Positions 1 through 11,430 of a stretch of DNA of 42,862 nt are shown here, one piece after another. Every line of letters begins with the position of its first letter. The stretch's first letter is position 1. The notes under the pieces were generated by a model that had not been told where the DNA came from, ran no database searches, and saw only the letters and a list, made by a program, of their open reading frames with translations. The position numbers were made by a program, and so were the translations under genes. Origin of the DNA: Diploschistes diacapsis (lineage: Eukaryota); assembly GCA_023645945.1 (NCBI GenBank), contig JALAIB010000040.1, forward strand, positions 1 through 42,862. The letters are read 5' to 3'.

Positions 1-961
1 GAGGGGGGAGCTATAAATGAGTTCGAGGACACATGGACCGTTGAATACCGGCGCGGGCTTGAGCTGAAGCTTTGGCCTTTATTGGTATCAGCTTGGCTTG
101 CCGAACCTGGTAGCTCTCCAATGATACTTTGAGGGAGCACTCTGCCTTGTGATGCATTGTCCTGCGGCACGCATGTGGCTGCTGAGAGGGACCAAGGTTT
201 TGAATTGCCTTCTATCAAGCTGCTAAGGACACAACTACACATCCGGCACTCCCGGCGTCCTGACTCTCCAAATGTCCAAGAGCTGAAGCCGTATGCCCTG
301 CTCCTACGATCATGATCCACGTGTGTACTTTATGGTATACTTCCTCTTTTTCATTAGCCTGGCATTTCGACCGCTCAAAACGTGATGCCAGCACCCGGGT
401 CATTCGTATGTACAAAAAGTAGTTAAAGGTGCGGGGAAAGGTCGGATGCCGACTCTGCCCATGTAGCAAAAACTAACTCCGCCACGCGCAAGGTAGGCCC
501 GATACGGTTCCGCATGCGCAGTCGTATTATTATCACACCATACGTAGTATTGGAGGTAGGAACTGTTGACACGCTGGTGCTATGATAAAACGAAGGGGGA
601 GAGAAATCCTTTTGGCCCGGCTATCAGAGTTGTTGAAGCAGTACCCGCCCTTTCGAAGACTATACCCAAAGAGGCAAACGGGTACTTCTGTATGGGGGGA
701 TATCGGAAGTACCTTCTTTGCCTATCTAGGTATCTGCCTTGGGAAGGGGGAATGCTACCTACTGAACGCGTAAAGATGAAATTGGATGTGACGATTCACC
801 AGAAGTCTCAACCCACAACTTCAGCATCTACTCTTTTATTCGGTTATAAGAACAAAGCCTGATCGGACAAGGTCTTCAACGAAAATGGAGGATTTGCCGG
901 GGATGCAAACCAAGAAAGGGGATATCCAACATTAAGAAGGGGGCAGAGCTCGGCACTCAAT

Positions 962-1850
962 ATGCCAAAGGCGGGAGTACTACGTCAATTGGGTCCTTGC
1001 TATCAGTGCCTACACAAGCTATGGCTGCGATATCCATCCGAATTCCCGCCATGTACGGTTGCGCTCAACGGTGAAAAGAGCAGGTGTGCTTGGTGTAACC
1101 ATCAGAGCCATGTATGTACCGATGAGGCGCCCCCAGAGAGTATGAGTCAGAAAAGGAAGGTAGAAAGAATTCAGCGATCATGGTCCAAAATACGGGACGG
1201 TCGAGTGAGCCTGGCCCTTGCTATCGACGTCTGCATAGGAAGAAATCAACGACGAGCGAGCTCTCGGTTCTTAACCTGTAAGGCTAAAGCAGACGGAAGC
1301 AGTAGAAAATGTGCATGGTGTCGCTTTCACGGTCGACGCTGTTCCGATACCGGACCATTTCGTTCGAGACAACTATCTGAGAAGTCCAGATACTGAACTA
1401 GCCCCTGAGCTTGGCAATGAATCCTGCAGCATCGGCTTTTCTCAAGATGAACGAATTGTGGCGCAATCGATTGAGGGAGCCGCTACTCATTCGGAGGATT
1501 CAAATCTACAAAGTGAGCCTTATCCTAATGGCGTCCTTGAGGAGGATGAATGGAACGGGGTTGGATCGGACAACAAAACTGCAACTACTAGTCAGGTTAC
1601 TCAAGGAGACTATGAGTCGGACGAGGACTCAGAAAATCACCTACCAATCCTCTGGAGAAAGATCCACAAGTGGGTCGAGCAGGAAACTGAAAATCGGCAG
1701 ACCATGTTTCAGTACGCAGAATTCTTGAAGAAAGTGGGCGCTAAAACCCCAGGCCAACGTTTAACCAACGTCTCAATTACTTCTCATATTAGATTCGGGG
1801 ACCGGCGCGCGAAGGGCTCAAAAGCTTCTGCCCAATCTTCGGGAAGTTGA
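962..1850 (+). other. Degenerate or unresolved coding region with two tandem Zn2Cys6-like Cys motifs followed by an acidic tail
   Basis: ORF 962-1396 contains CYQC-x14-C-x10-CAWC-x6-C and a second copy ending C-x10-CAWC-x6-C. The start of the second copy (GPCYRRLHR, ~1213-1240) is in a different frame from its end. Overlapping ORF 1311-1850 is D/E-rich. No coherent exon model could be built. Confidence 0.35.
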
Positions 1851-2240
1851 ACATCGAGACAATAGCAACAAGGAAGAGGTGGCACTTTTACTCAATCCGA
1901 TGGAAATTTATTCTATGCTTCTCTTCCGGACATTGCCTGTTCATACTCCCAGAACGTATCTCCTTCGAGGGTTCAAGCTAGGTCCTTCATGGACTGGCCT
2001 GAATACTAGCAATCTACTGGAATAATGGCGTGAAGCCTTGGGGGGCCCCTTCAATTAAGCGACGATATCTATTAATCACAAGGACCCGTCTTCCCGGAAT
2101 GTAGCGTATAGGGACGCCAACCCATCGCTTGGGGACCTACCTCGTGCAGAGGTCGTGTATCCCCAATGCCGTCCTCCTCAATCCAGTCGATTCGACAAGG
2201 CTCCGCGGTATGAGAAAACGAGTGGAAGTATTTAAATCGG

Positions 2241-2562
2241 ATGACAGCGCCTTGTCCCTGTTGCACGAGCGGAAAGCTTTCTGCGTTTGTTGCTCGTGAA
2301 AGATCTCTACATTCCACGAGCTACGACAGTGTAAGACATAAGCACGCGATGTATGAGGCGATGGATCGTCTTCCTGCACCAGAGATGCGGATTCATCTAC
2401 GGACGGATGAGCACAGACGAGCTCAAGGCATGGCTCGTGTCTCACGGATTCGAAAACTACAAAGTCCAGCAGGGACGAAAGGAGGATATAGTATTGCGAG
2501 CTGAGGCCGTATGGGGCTACTTGAAAGGGCCACAAGACTTGGAGGCTAGCCGTATGTTGTAG
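2241..2562 (+). CDS. Possible small protein or terminal exon(s) with a SAP/HeH-like motif
   Basis: YGRMSTDELKAWLVSHGFENYKVQQGRKEDIVLRAEAVW resembles the SAP pattern (ELK..L...G....G.K.DL+.R). A putative phase-0 intron 2331-2382 (GTAAGA...CAG, no good branch site) would join it to ORF 2241. Confidence 0.3.
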
Positions 2563-3582
2563 GAAATCTGGGATAGGCACTAAACCATTTATCCACCTGC
2601 TCTGGGAAAATAAAAGAAGGCAGCTATATCTACCAGCAGAGCACCCCCACTCAGTCGAGCAGTGCAAGATGGGAGTACTGGTAGGATTGGAAGGGGGAGG
2701 GGAAAGAGAAAGACTGTGGATGATGAAGGAGAGTAGCCGGACGAGAAGCAGAAAGCTCCGAAGAAGCCCAAGATTAACACAGGTGCGGACGTGCTCACGA
2801 TCGGCGCGGAAGGCGGAGGACATGACTGAGCTTGTAAGAGGGGCGCCGTCCACCAGCAGAGCATCTTCTGGCAATGCATGGACCGGCAAAGCATCATCCC
2901 ATGATATCTTCCTTTTTTACAATGTTATCGCCAATAGAAACAGCTTCGCCTGCAGGGCAAGAATCATCGGCAGAGAAACAACTGCCCGCTTGACAAGCAA
3001 CTCCAGAGCCGCAGATGTGGTCGCCCATTCCTGAGCCGGAGATCAGAGAAAGGAGCATACCAGCTATTCATCTCACAGAAGAATGGTGCTTTTCAACTTC
3101 GCTCTGTAATTGCTTTCAAGCATCGCCTCTATGGCATAAACCGGTAGGGAAGGTGTTTGATGTGCTATTTGTCATCAACATCGCCTGTTAAGATAAGGCT
3201 AGGCGTAAGATTAATAGTCAATTTACTTCTTCCGTTTTACTTTACCACACACAGATCCTCTTGAGACATGTAGGCTTGAGTAAGTCAATGTAGTAGAAGA
3301 CTTTCGTACATACGCTATAGCCGACCATCATAGCTGTAATAAAATATTGATGTGTGAAGCGCAGCGACTTACTGAACTCTCATACCATGTGCTCATAAAG
3401 CCCCATTAGCCGAATCCCTGAACCCCCAACCAGCCCAATGCTTTGCGTATCGTCGGCGCAATCATGGCCTTCGTCAGTATCTGCCAAAGAGTAACTCGTC
3501 TGCCCGACAAAGCCACTCCGCAATCGTCATGGCTCCCGTCCCAGCTACCTTGCTTTTACCAATCCAGCTCAGGTGCTAGCTA

Positions 3583-4504
3583 TCACGTATCGCCACTATC
3601 GGTAGCTGCTTCACGAATTCTCTCCGCTCGGACCCTTTTCCGGTCCAGCAATGTTTTTAGTTTAGTGGCAACATTGAATACTCCCTTCGTATCTGCACCA
3701 CATGCACAACATGCCGGATTTTTCCTGTACCGCTTCAGGGCGCATGCCTCACAATAATAGTGACCGCATCGTGTCACGATAGGCGACTTGTAATCTTCTT
3801 TACATATGATGCACGCAAAAGGGATATTCTCGAGTTCGTCGTCGTCCTCCTGATCGCTCTCCTCGTCTTTGCTCTTTCTGGCGCTTGCAACAATGGTCCC
3901 GTTCAATGTCTTTCTCCCTTTAGTTACATTTTCCCATTCTCGGTCCAGTTGGTGTCCACTCATATAGTTACCCCGGTCATGGCTATATATGCAGGAGGAA
4001 CCGTACCCACAGTAGCCGCTAACGAAAAGTCAGTGAGCTGCTTGGAAGTTTTTGGGGCACTTATGGCAGTCTCGCTTACGTTGTCTTATAGTCTTTGCAT
4101 ACATCGGGCGCGTAGTCCGTGATGACGGTAGTGCGGACATTTGTAGAACCCTTAGTCGGGCCTATTTTTGTGTCATTGTCGAACGAGGTCTTGTGTTTAG
4201 TGGCATCGTTTGTGGCATGGAGAGCGATGTCACGATCCGCATGGAAGGTAGTCGGGAAAAGCTCTGTGCTGGATCGCTTCGTAGATGGGGCACTTGCTAT
4301 GCCTTCATTCAGGTGCCTGCGCTTGACTTGGCGAAGTTGTGCAGAATCGTCGTCAGAAGAGAGATCGTCAGAATCATGGTCGGGTCCTGACGAGATGGTT
4401 GCCGCCGATCTTTTCCTTATGTTTCCCTTGGAGCGCGAGCTTCTCTTCTTGAATAGCAAAACCGATGGGGCGTCGATGCTTTCTTCTTCTAATGGATCTG
4501 TCAT
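3583..4504 (-). CDS. CWC24: Pre-mRNA splicing factor Cwc24 / RNF113A homolog (CCCH zinc finger + RING)
   Basis: Exons 4504-4080 and 4018-3583, intron 4079-4019 (GTAAGC...TAG). Spliced product has [29 protein letters not shown] (C-x8-C-x5-C-x3-H) and the RING IPFACIICKEDYKSPIVTRCGHYYCEACAL...CACACG...GVFN. Confidence 0.93.
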
Positions 4505-4870
4505 AGGTGAGGGCGAGTTGTTTGTTTGTGTACTGGATTGGCGTCCAAGTTTCGATATACAGATGACGTTTCGTCTTATGTCAGCCTAGACCCTCGGGGT
4601 TGCAGTAAAGACTTAGCGCTCGCGAACACTAACATAACGATTACTTAGTTTCAGAAGCCCTTTAACGTCGCAATTAGAGAGCAATTTACGAACATGACTA
4701 GCAATTGTTTCCATGTAGTTCTATTTCAGATACTAATGTCAGCCCAGTGAATGCGCAATATTCCCTGAGCAACGGTGCCAGCACTATGATAGATCCCGAT
4801 CCAAGATGTCGAAGCGCTGACAGAAAGATAATACGCCTTCGCAAGCTCTATACTCTTCGCTGCAAAGTAT

Positions 4871-6531
4871 TTAAGCAAGCTTTCTTCTCTTGCTACGAGC
4901 CGACGGGCTGTTGAAAATTTCGACGGACAATCTTTGTGTTTCTGCCTCGTCCGTATCTCCATCTCTCTCGCTATCCCAGATCACAAAGTCTCCGTTCAAC
5001 CTTTTCCTTTTTCCGGGCGTGCTTGCGTCGCTCCTTGGGGTAAGTAGAACTACTGGATGCTTCGGTGACCCGGCGCTGCTGCAGACCGTTATTGATTCTG
5101 CTAATGACTCGGTCTCTTCCATCCCGCGTTTCTTGGTAGGAGTTGATGCATAGAAATCCCGATGTGCTGGTGGAGTCTTTCCGCTTGAATTGAGGATCGT
5201 ATTGCTAAGTGCCCGGCGATGTGAGGCAGGGGGTGTGGGTAACGTGCTCTTTGGAGATTTGCTTGGGGAGGACTTGGTGAATTTGCTGCCAACTGCGTTG
5301 CTGGGTGTCGTCTGAATATTCTCCTTATCTTGTTCACTGGAAGACTTCTGTGGGACTTGCATAATGGCCAACTTTCCCACCTTGAACGGTATTTGAGTCT
5401 GTCTGTCCCGGAATTTATCTCGCGCCCAGTCGTCACACTTCATGTCTATCCAGCAATCGATCGTTTCCCTCCACGTGCTCTCTGCAGGCGGGGACGAGTT
5501 CACAAAGATGACCTTGCCATTCTTCTTGGAGTGGACTGTTCTCGCAAACTCTTTGACTAGGATTTTGAGACCATGCACCTTGAGTGAGGTTCCCATAATA
5601 ATGAGCAAGTCCGGGCCGAGCCTTAAGTCATGGGAGACAATGGACGATATCGATTCTGAGGCTGGATTCTCCTCGCCATAAAGGACCACGTTCGGCCGCA
5701 CTGTCACTGGTTAGCTAACTCTTGGAAATATTCTAGTCAACTTACAGGTCCCTATCGTGCTCCCTCGCTTGCCTCTTTCACGTCGCTCCTGATCTTCGCG
5801 GGCACAAGTTGGACAAGCAGGAGCTTGGCCTCGGAAAAACTTGGCTTCCTGGAGCACTCCCCATGAACTTTGGTGTCTGCAGATTGTGCATCTGAGGGCC
5901 TCCAGATCACCGTGGAGCTGTACCACTTCGCATCCTCCTTCTAATTGTCCACCGGGCACACTGTGTCCCTGCTGGATCGGAAGTCTCAAGGCTTTCCTGG
6001 TGAATCGACCTCGACTGCCTTTCCCTCGTTCTAGATCTTGGCAAAGACCCTCTCGCGCCTCCAGACCGTCGATGTTCTGAGTGTAGCAGCGAACGAGCTT
6101 TTTCTCGTCCCTCAACCTCCTGATAAACTTATGCGTCGCAGAAGCACCTCGTGTTTCGTTCTTGATCTTCCGTCTCAGCGAAGCGATGAAGGTGTAAAAC
6201 ACAGAGGTACTCTCTTCGCTTTTCCATAGGTTGGCATCGAAGAGGTCCTTGCCCTTTATGTGGCCGCGAGCTTTGGAAGGTTGCTTGAGCGTAAGTCGAG
6301 CATTGTGTTTGGCGTTGATGAGCGAGTAAAGCCCGTCCTCGGACCGGAAGTCCTTCATCGTGTCAGTATATCAGTTGCAGCGAGCGATCCAGAGCTTGTA
6401 CTCACCGGGATCCCACAGCTAGTACTTATCCCAGCTCCTGTGACGACAACAATCTTTTTCGCTGCTTGGAGACAGTCTGATATGTCCCTCAAGAGCTTGT
6501 GGTCCTCGGAGCCAACCTTCTGGATTCCCAT
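4871..6531 (-). CDS. NAD-dependent deacetylase, sirtuin Hst3/Hst4 subfamily
   Basis: Exons 6531-6406, 6352-5746 and 5700-4871 (introns 53 and 45 nt, GT-AG). Motifs VVVTGAGISTSCGIPDFRS, RCYTQNIDGLE, VQLHG, CTIC/CPTC zinc site, LRPNVVLYGE and IMGTSLKVHG, plus a long S/P-rich C-terminal tail. Confidence 0.92.
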
Positions 6532-6708
6532 ACTGCAGCAATAGAGTGGATAGATTACGGTGCAGACGATGTAAAGACACTCATACAGCAAGTGGGATTA
6601 AAGAACTATAAGAGAAGGGGAATTGTAGGGAAAATTCTTGCAGCATTGGCATTGCATTTAGAAAAGGTCTAGCAGTACAGTAATGGAGATAATGGAACCC
6701 ATCATGGC

Positions 6709-6714
6709 ACGCGT
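6709..6714. promoter_or_regulatory. MCB-like element (ACGCGT) upstream of the sirtuin
   Basis: ACGCGT lies ~180 bp upstream of the sirtuin ATG; a palindromic TTATCGATAA is at 6792-6801. Short motifs, so chance occurrence is possible. Confidence 0.25.
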
Positions 6715-7638
6715 GTTCGTGGTGCGGGACTGAACTGGGATAGGGAGACGTGCCAATTCCGCGTTTATTGAATGAGTGTGCCAAGATCACCTTATCGATA
6801 ATGCCCCAAGCACGTGAATAGACAAAGGAATAAGAGAGAATTCTATCCTACCCGCCTTCCTCTGCTCCATCATCATTAAAGGCATTCATTGAAGCTTCAG
6901 CGCAGCGCAGGGGCCTGCAGAAAGCTTGCATGGCAATCGATGGGAGATTCACTTCATTTACGTTGGCACTTTAAATGCATCCCCAAAGGCCCCCAAAGGC
7001 CGAGTAGTTTCAGGATTCTACTTTGTGACTATGGCGTCCTATGCGCACCTACAGTCGTACCTACCATGGCTATAATCTTGCTGTCTGCAGGATGATATCA
7101 CTGCAGCTGTCTTTTACTAAACCCGTTCTTGCTGCCTTAGTTTTGCCCTTCTTTAACAGATATCTGCTGCCTTTCTCGACAAGCTGCCTCAGTTCCTCAG
7201 GCCAATCAGCTCTAACTAGCTAAGCCAATCCCATTTAGGTTAGACTACAACGCTAAGCCCCTTCGGGTCCGTGGCTGACAACATGCTATCAGAGGACGAA
7301 AGTGCTGGAAATGCTGGAGGTGCTGGAGGTGTTGGGGTGCTGAAGGTGCTGGCTTAGGTGGCTTAGACCTTAATTATAATCGAAAGGTCTAAATGCGCTA
7401 GCGAATGCGCTGCTTCAGAAGCTTGGAAAAGGTGCTCGAGAAGATGGCTCGAAAAGAGATTTACCACGTAGTAAAAATTAATAGCAGTTAACGGTTGAGT
7501 CAGCAGCCGCTAATCTGAATAGAATCTAACGAAAAGACTAATCCGAATGGGGCTTAGAATTTTGGGCCTCAGAATTTTGGCGCTGGTGAAGCCCTGGCCT
7601 GGTACGTCTCAAGCCCACAAAGATCAGATAGCTTCAGT

Positions 7639-9047
7639 ATGGCAACATTTGGGCGTCCCCTAAGGGAGGAACATTTCCTATTCGACAAAGACTATGTGCC
7701 CCTGAACCATGGCAGCTTTGGAACGTTCCCCAAATCAGTCGCAGACAGACTCACCGAGTTGGCTGCTCAAAATGAAGCCAGACCAGATACCTACATTAGA
7801 TATGAATTCCCGTCGCTACTAGAAGAGTCAAGGCAGATGATCGCCAAAATCTTGAACACGGAGCCCAGTACAATCGTCTTTCTACCAAATTCCACGACTG
7901 CGGTAAATACAGTGCTACGGTCTCTTGTCTGGGAAAAAGGAGATGTCATTTTAACCTGCTCACTAAGTAATGCTATTGGCTGTCCATCTAACTCTGTGCT
8001 AATAGAGATTGCTAAGTCTATAGCGGTTTTGATAAAACTGTCGAATACATAGTCGAAACCACCGCTGCGGATACTGAGGACCTTGGCCTAGAGTGGCCAG
8101 TTGAAGACGATGATCTTGTAGCTAGCCTCGAAAGGAAAGTAAAAGAGATCAAGTCGAGTGGTCGCAATGTTCGGCTGGCCATTTTCGATACCATTAGCAG
8201 CATGCCTGCGGTACGGCTACCGTTCGAGAGGCTGACTAAAACATGCAAAGACTTGGGTGTGATGTCCTTCCTTGATGGTGCTCACGGCATTGGTCAGATT
8301 CCACTTGATATAGGATTATTACAGCCCGACTTCTTCTGTACCAATGTCCATAAGTAAAGCCCCGAACGCACGTATTGGCTATTCTTCTGATGATAAGCTG
8401 GTAGGTGGTTCTATGTGCCGCGCGGATGTGCTGTGCTCTTTGTTCCGGAAAAGAATCAGCGTCTGATTCGGAGTTCCATCCCGACCTCTGACAGCTTTAG
8501 CCCACGTCCTAGGAAAGGCCAGCGAGCCATCAACAACCCTTATCCGCCAGACATTAGAACACCATTTCAGGAGCTCTTCGGCTTCGTAGGTACAGCAAAC
8601 AATGATGCATATATTACGGTACCAGCTGCGATCAAATTCCGCGAGGAAGTCTGCGGTGGCGAAGAAAAGATTATGAATTATTGCATTGAGCTTGCTCTGA
8701 AAGGGGGCGACAGAGCTGCCGAGATCTTCGGGACAGAAGTTCTGGATAATGAATCAAAGACGCTGCGGAATTGCGCCTTTGCTAATGTGCGTCTACCGCT
8801 CAAGTACGGCGAAGGCAAGGGCAAGGTCCCTCATAAAGATGTCGGCAAGGTCGCTCAGTTCATTGCCTTAGAGTCTGTGAAGCTGAACACGTTCTTTGCC
8901 ATTATCTTCTTCCGCGGCGCACATTGGTGGAGGATATCTGCCCAAGCATATCTTGAAATGGCGGATATTGAGTGGGGATCCGAAACGATGAAGAGGCTCT
9001 GTGAAAGAGCTAGCAAAGGCGAATACGAAAGCGCTCCTTCTCACTAA
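7639..9047 (+). CDS. PLP-dependent aminotransferase class V / C-S lyase (Egt2 hercynylcysteine sulfoxide lyase-like / LolT-like)
   Basis: Exons 7639-7966, 8017-8353 and 8405-9047. Motifs LNHGSFGTFP, FLPNSTTAVNTVLRS, FDTISSMP, LDGAHGIG, and the PLP-lysine motif FFCTNVHKWFYVPRGCAVL across intron 2. Confidence 0.88.
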
Positions 9048-9622
9048 TCGTATACTGCATGGACGGTTTCTTGAGCGTCAATGTCGACAATCTGCTAAGT
9101 GATTCGAGCATTCTCAAAATTTCTCAAAAAGATTCAAAGCCTACTTTGTTACAGGAAGAAATGTACGGATTTTGCTTCTGCGTTTTTTTATCAGGACTTC
9201 GGTGATTGCAAGCGTGAGTCTTGGATGGCGGATTCCTGCCGAATCGGGTTGCCCCTGCGCAAACCAACCCGTATTATCAACCCTCTTACCTGCTACCACT
9301 TTGTGGATCCTTCTTCCTCCAGAATCATTCGCTATTATAGTCAGTCGCTGATATTGCGGGGTTGACCCATCTCAATGTGCGCTCAAGGTTACCTAGTTCC
9401 TTTAGCTAGCAGCAATCATGAGCTAGAAGTGGAGAACTATAAACTAGAACGTGACTCGGAAGCAGCAATATGGGTGATTTGCATGGAAAGTCCTAGGTAT
9501 GGATGATTTTCTATCAGTCTCTCTGGTGGTAGCTTCTCACTCTCTCACCATGTCTCCTTCAAGCCTTCAGTCCTTGTGCATTTAGTGATTGGTCTATACT
9601 TCGTATCTGAATTTGGCGCATC

Positions 9623-11430
9623 ATGCCTTTCACTGTGACCAACAGCACGTCCCATCACGTCCTTCCACGACGGAGTATGGGTGACATCAAGGTCATCGCC
9701 GTCGGCGCTGGCATATCTGGCATTTTTGCAGGCATCAGATTTCCGCAGCATGTGCAGGATCTGAATCTGGTCATATACGACCAAGAACGAAGAGATTGGG
9801 GGGACATGATTCGAGAACAGCTACCCCGGCTTAGCCTGCGGTATGTGAAACGCGTCCACATCTCCGGAAGACTCCAAATCCAATAGACAGTAAACATCCG
9901 GCGCACGCATACCAGCTATCCTTCGAGTCGAACCCATCATGGCCTAACTTCTACGCTAGCGGAGTCGAAATCCTCCCTTACTGGAAGCGCATCGTCGAGT
10001 AATACGACCTGCGCAAGTACATGAAGCTGGGCAACAAGGTGCTCGAGGCGCGATGGAACGAGGGCGCAGCGAAATGGGTCGTCAAGCTGCAGAACGTAAG
10101 TTACGGGCAAGGTCTTCGAGGACACGGGCGAGGCGCTGTTCCGCGGCGTCAGCGCCCTGAACTCGTGGAAGTGGCCCGACATTCCGGGCCTGCACGACTT
10201 CGAGGGCAAGCTCATGCACTTGGCCGATTGAAACCACCCGTACGACTATAAAGTAAGTGCATCTATGTCCCTTACCAACCCGAAGTCCGAAATGCAAAGC
10301 CGCGAAGTCCTTCTTCCCCTGAAACTAACATTTCCTTCCACCAGGGCAAGGACGTCGCCGTCATCGGTGCCGGCGCCGGCTCCAGCGGCATCTAAATAGC
10401 ACCTCCCCTCCAACCACACGTGGCTTGGCTAGACCACTACGTCCGCGGCCGGACCTGGATCTCATCCAAGCTTCCTCGGCGACCAGATCGCCGCCAGCGG
10501 CGCATACGCTGCCAGAAGAAAGAGCGCTGGGCATTCTCCCCAGCCGAATACCTGGGTACCGCAAGGCGCTCGAAGACAATCCTCGCATTCCGCAACGCAC
10601 CGCGGCTCGGACCTGCACTAAGCTGACATCGCAGCCTTTACATAGCTCATGAAGAAGGGGTTGAAGAAAGAAGCCGCATGTCGCGGACCATCTAATTCCC
10701 ACCTATTCGCGCGGATGCAAGCGGCCCACGCCCGGCCCGGGCTATCTCGAGGCGCGGACGGAAGAGAATGTGACTGTCCATTCCGGGCGGCATGTCACGT
10801 GTGAGTGCAACGGGAATCGTCAGCAGCGGAAGAGGGCAACACAAAGCGGGATGTCGACCTCATCGTCTCTGCGGCCGGCTTCGACGCCTCGCCGCTGCAC
10901 CACTTCCCCGTATACGGTCTCGAAGGGCCGCAAGCTCTCGGACCGCTGGTCCGCGTCGCGCAGGCCCGAACCATATCTCAGCTTGGCCGTCGACGGATTT
11001 CCCAGCTCTGCTCCTGGGCGGGGAATCTGTTACCGAGTATTGAGGGCTTCGCGAATTATACGGGAAAGATGCAGCGGGAGAACATTCTGAGGATGATGCG
11101 GAAGATGGAAGCGGTTAAGGGGTTTGCTCGGTTCTGTGAGAGGTATTTTGAGGGGACGGTGTCTGGGGAGGGGTGCAAGAGTCGGTATAAGGCTGGACTG
11201 GGGGCGGAGCAAAGGAGAGGTGGAATGAGGCAGATTGGGGAAGGGGAGGGTGATAGCGTTGTGGCCGGGGAGCAGTCTGCATGCGATGAGCGCACTGGAA
11301 GAGGCCGAGGTGGGAGGACTGGGAGTATGAGTTTGTGAGCGGGGAGGGGGAGCGGTGTTGGTTTGGGGATGGATGGTGTGTTGTGGATAGGGAGGTGGAG
11401 AGGGGGATGACGTTTTATTTGGGGTGGGAG
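9623..11430 (+). pseudogene. Baeyer-Villiger / FAD-NAD(P)H flavin monooxygenase pseudogene
   Basis: Recognisable motifs VGAGISG, IGGT*FENSYPG (TGA 9807 in place of W), fingerprint FEGKLMHLAD* (TGA 10229), VAVIGAGAGSSGI* (TAA 10393) and ALWPGSSLH. Further stop at 10000 and several frameshifts. 3' end is approximate. Confidence 0.85.
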
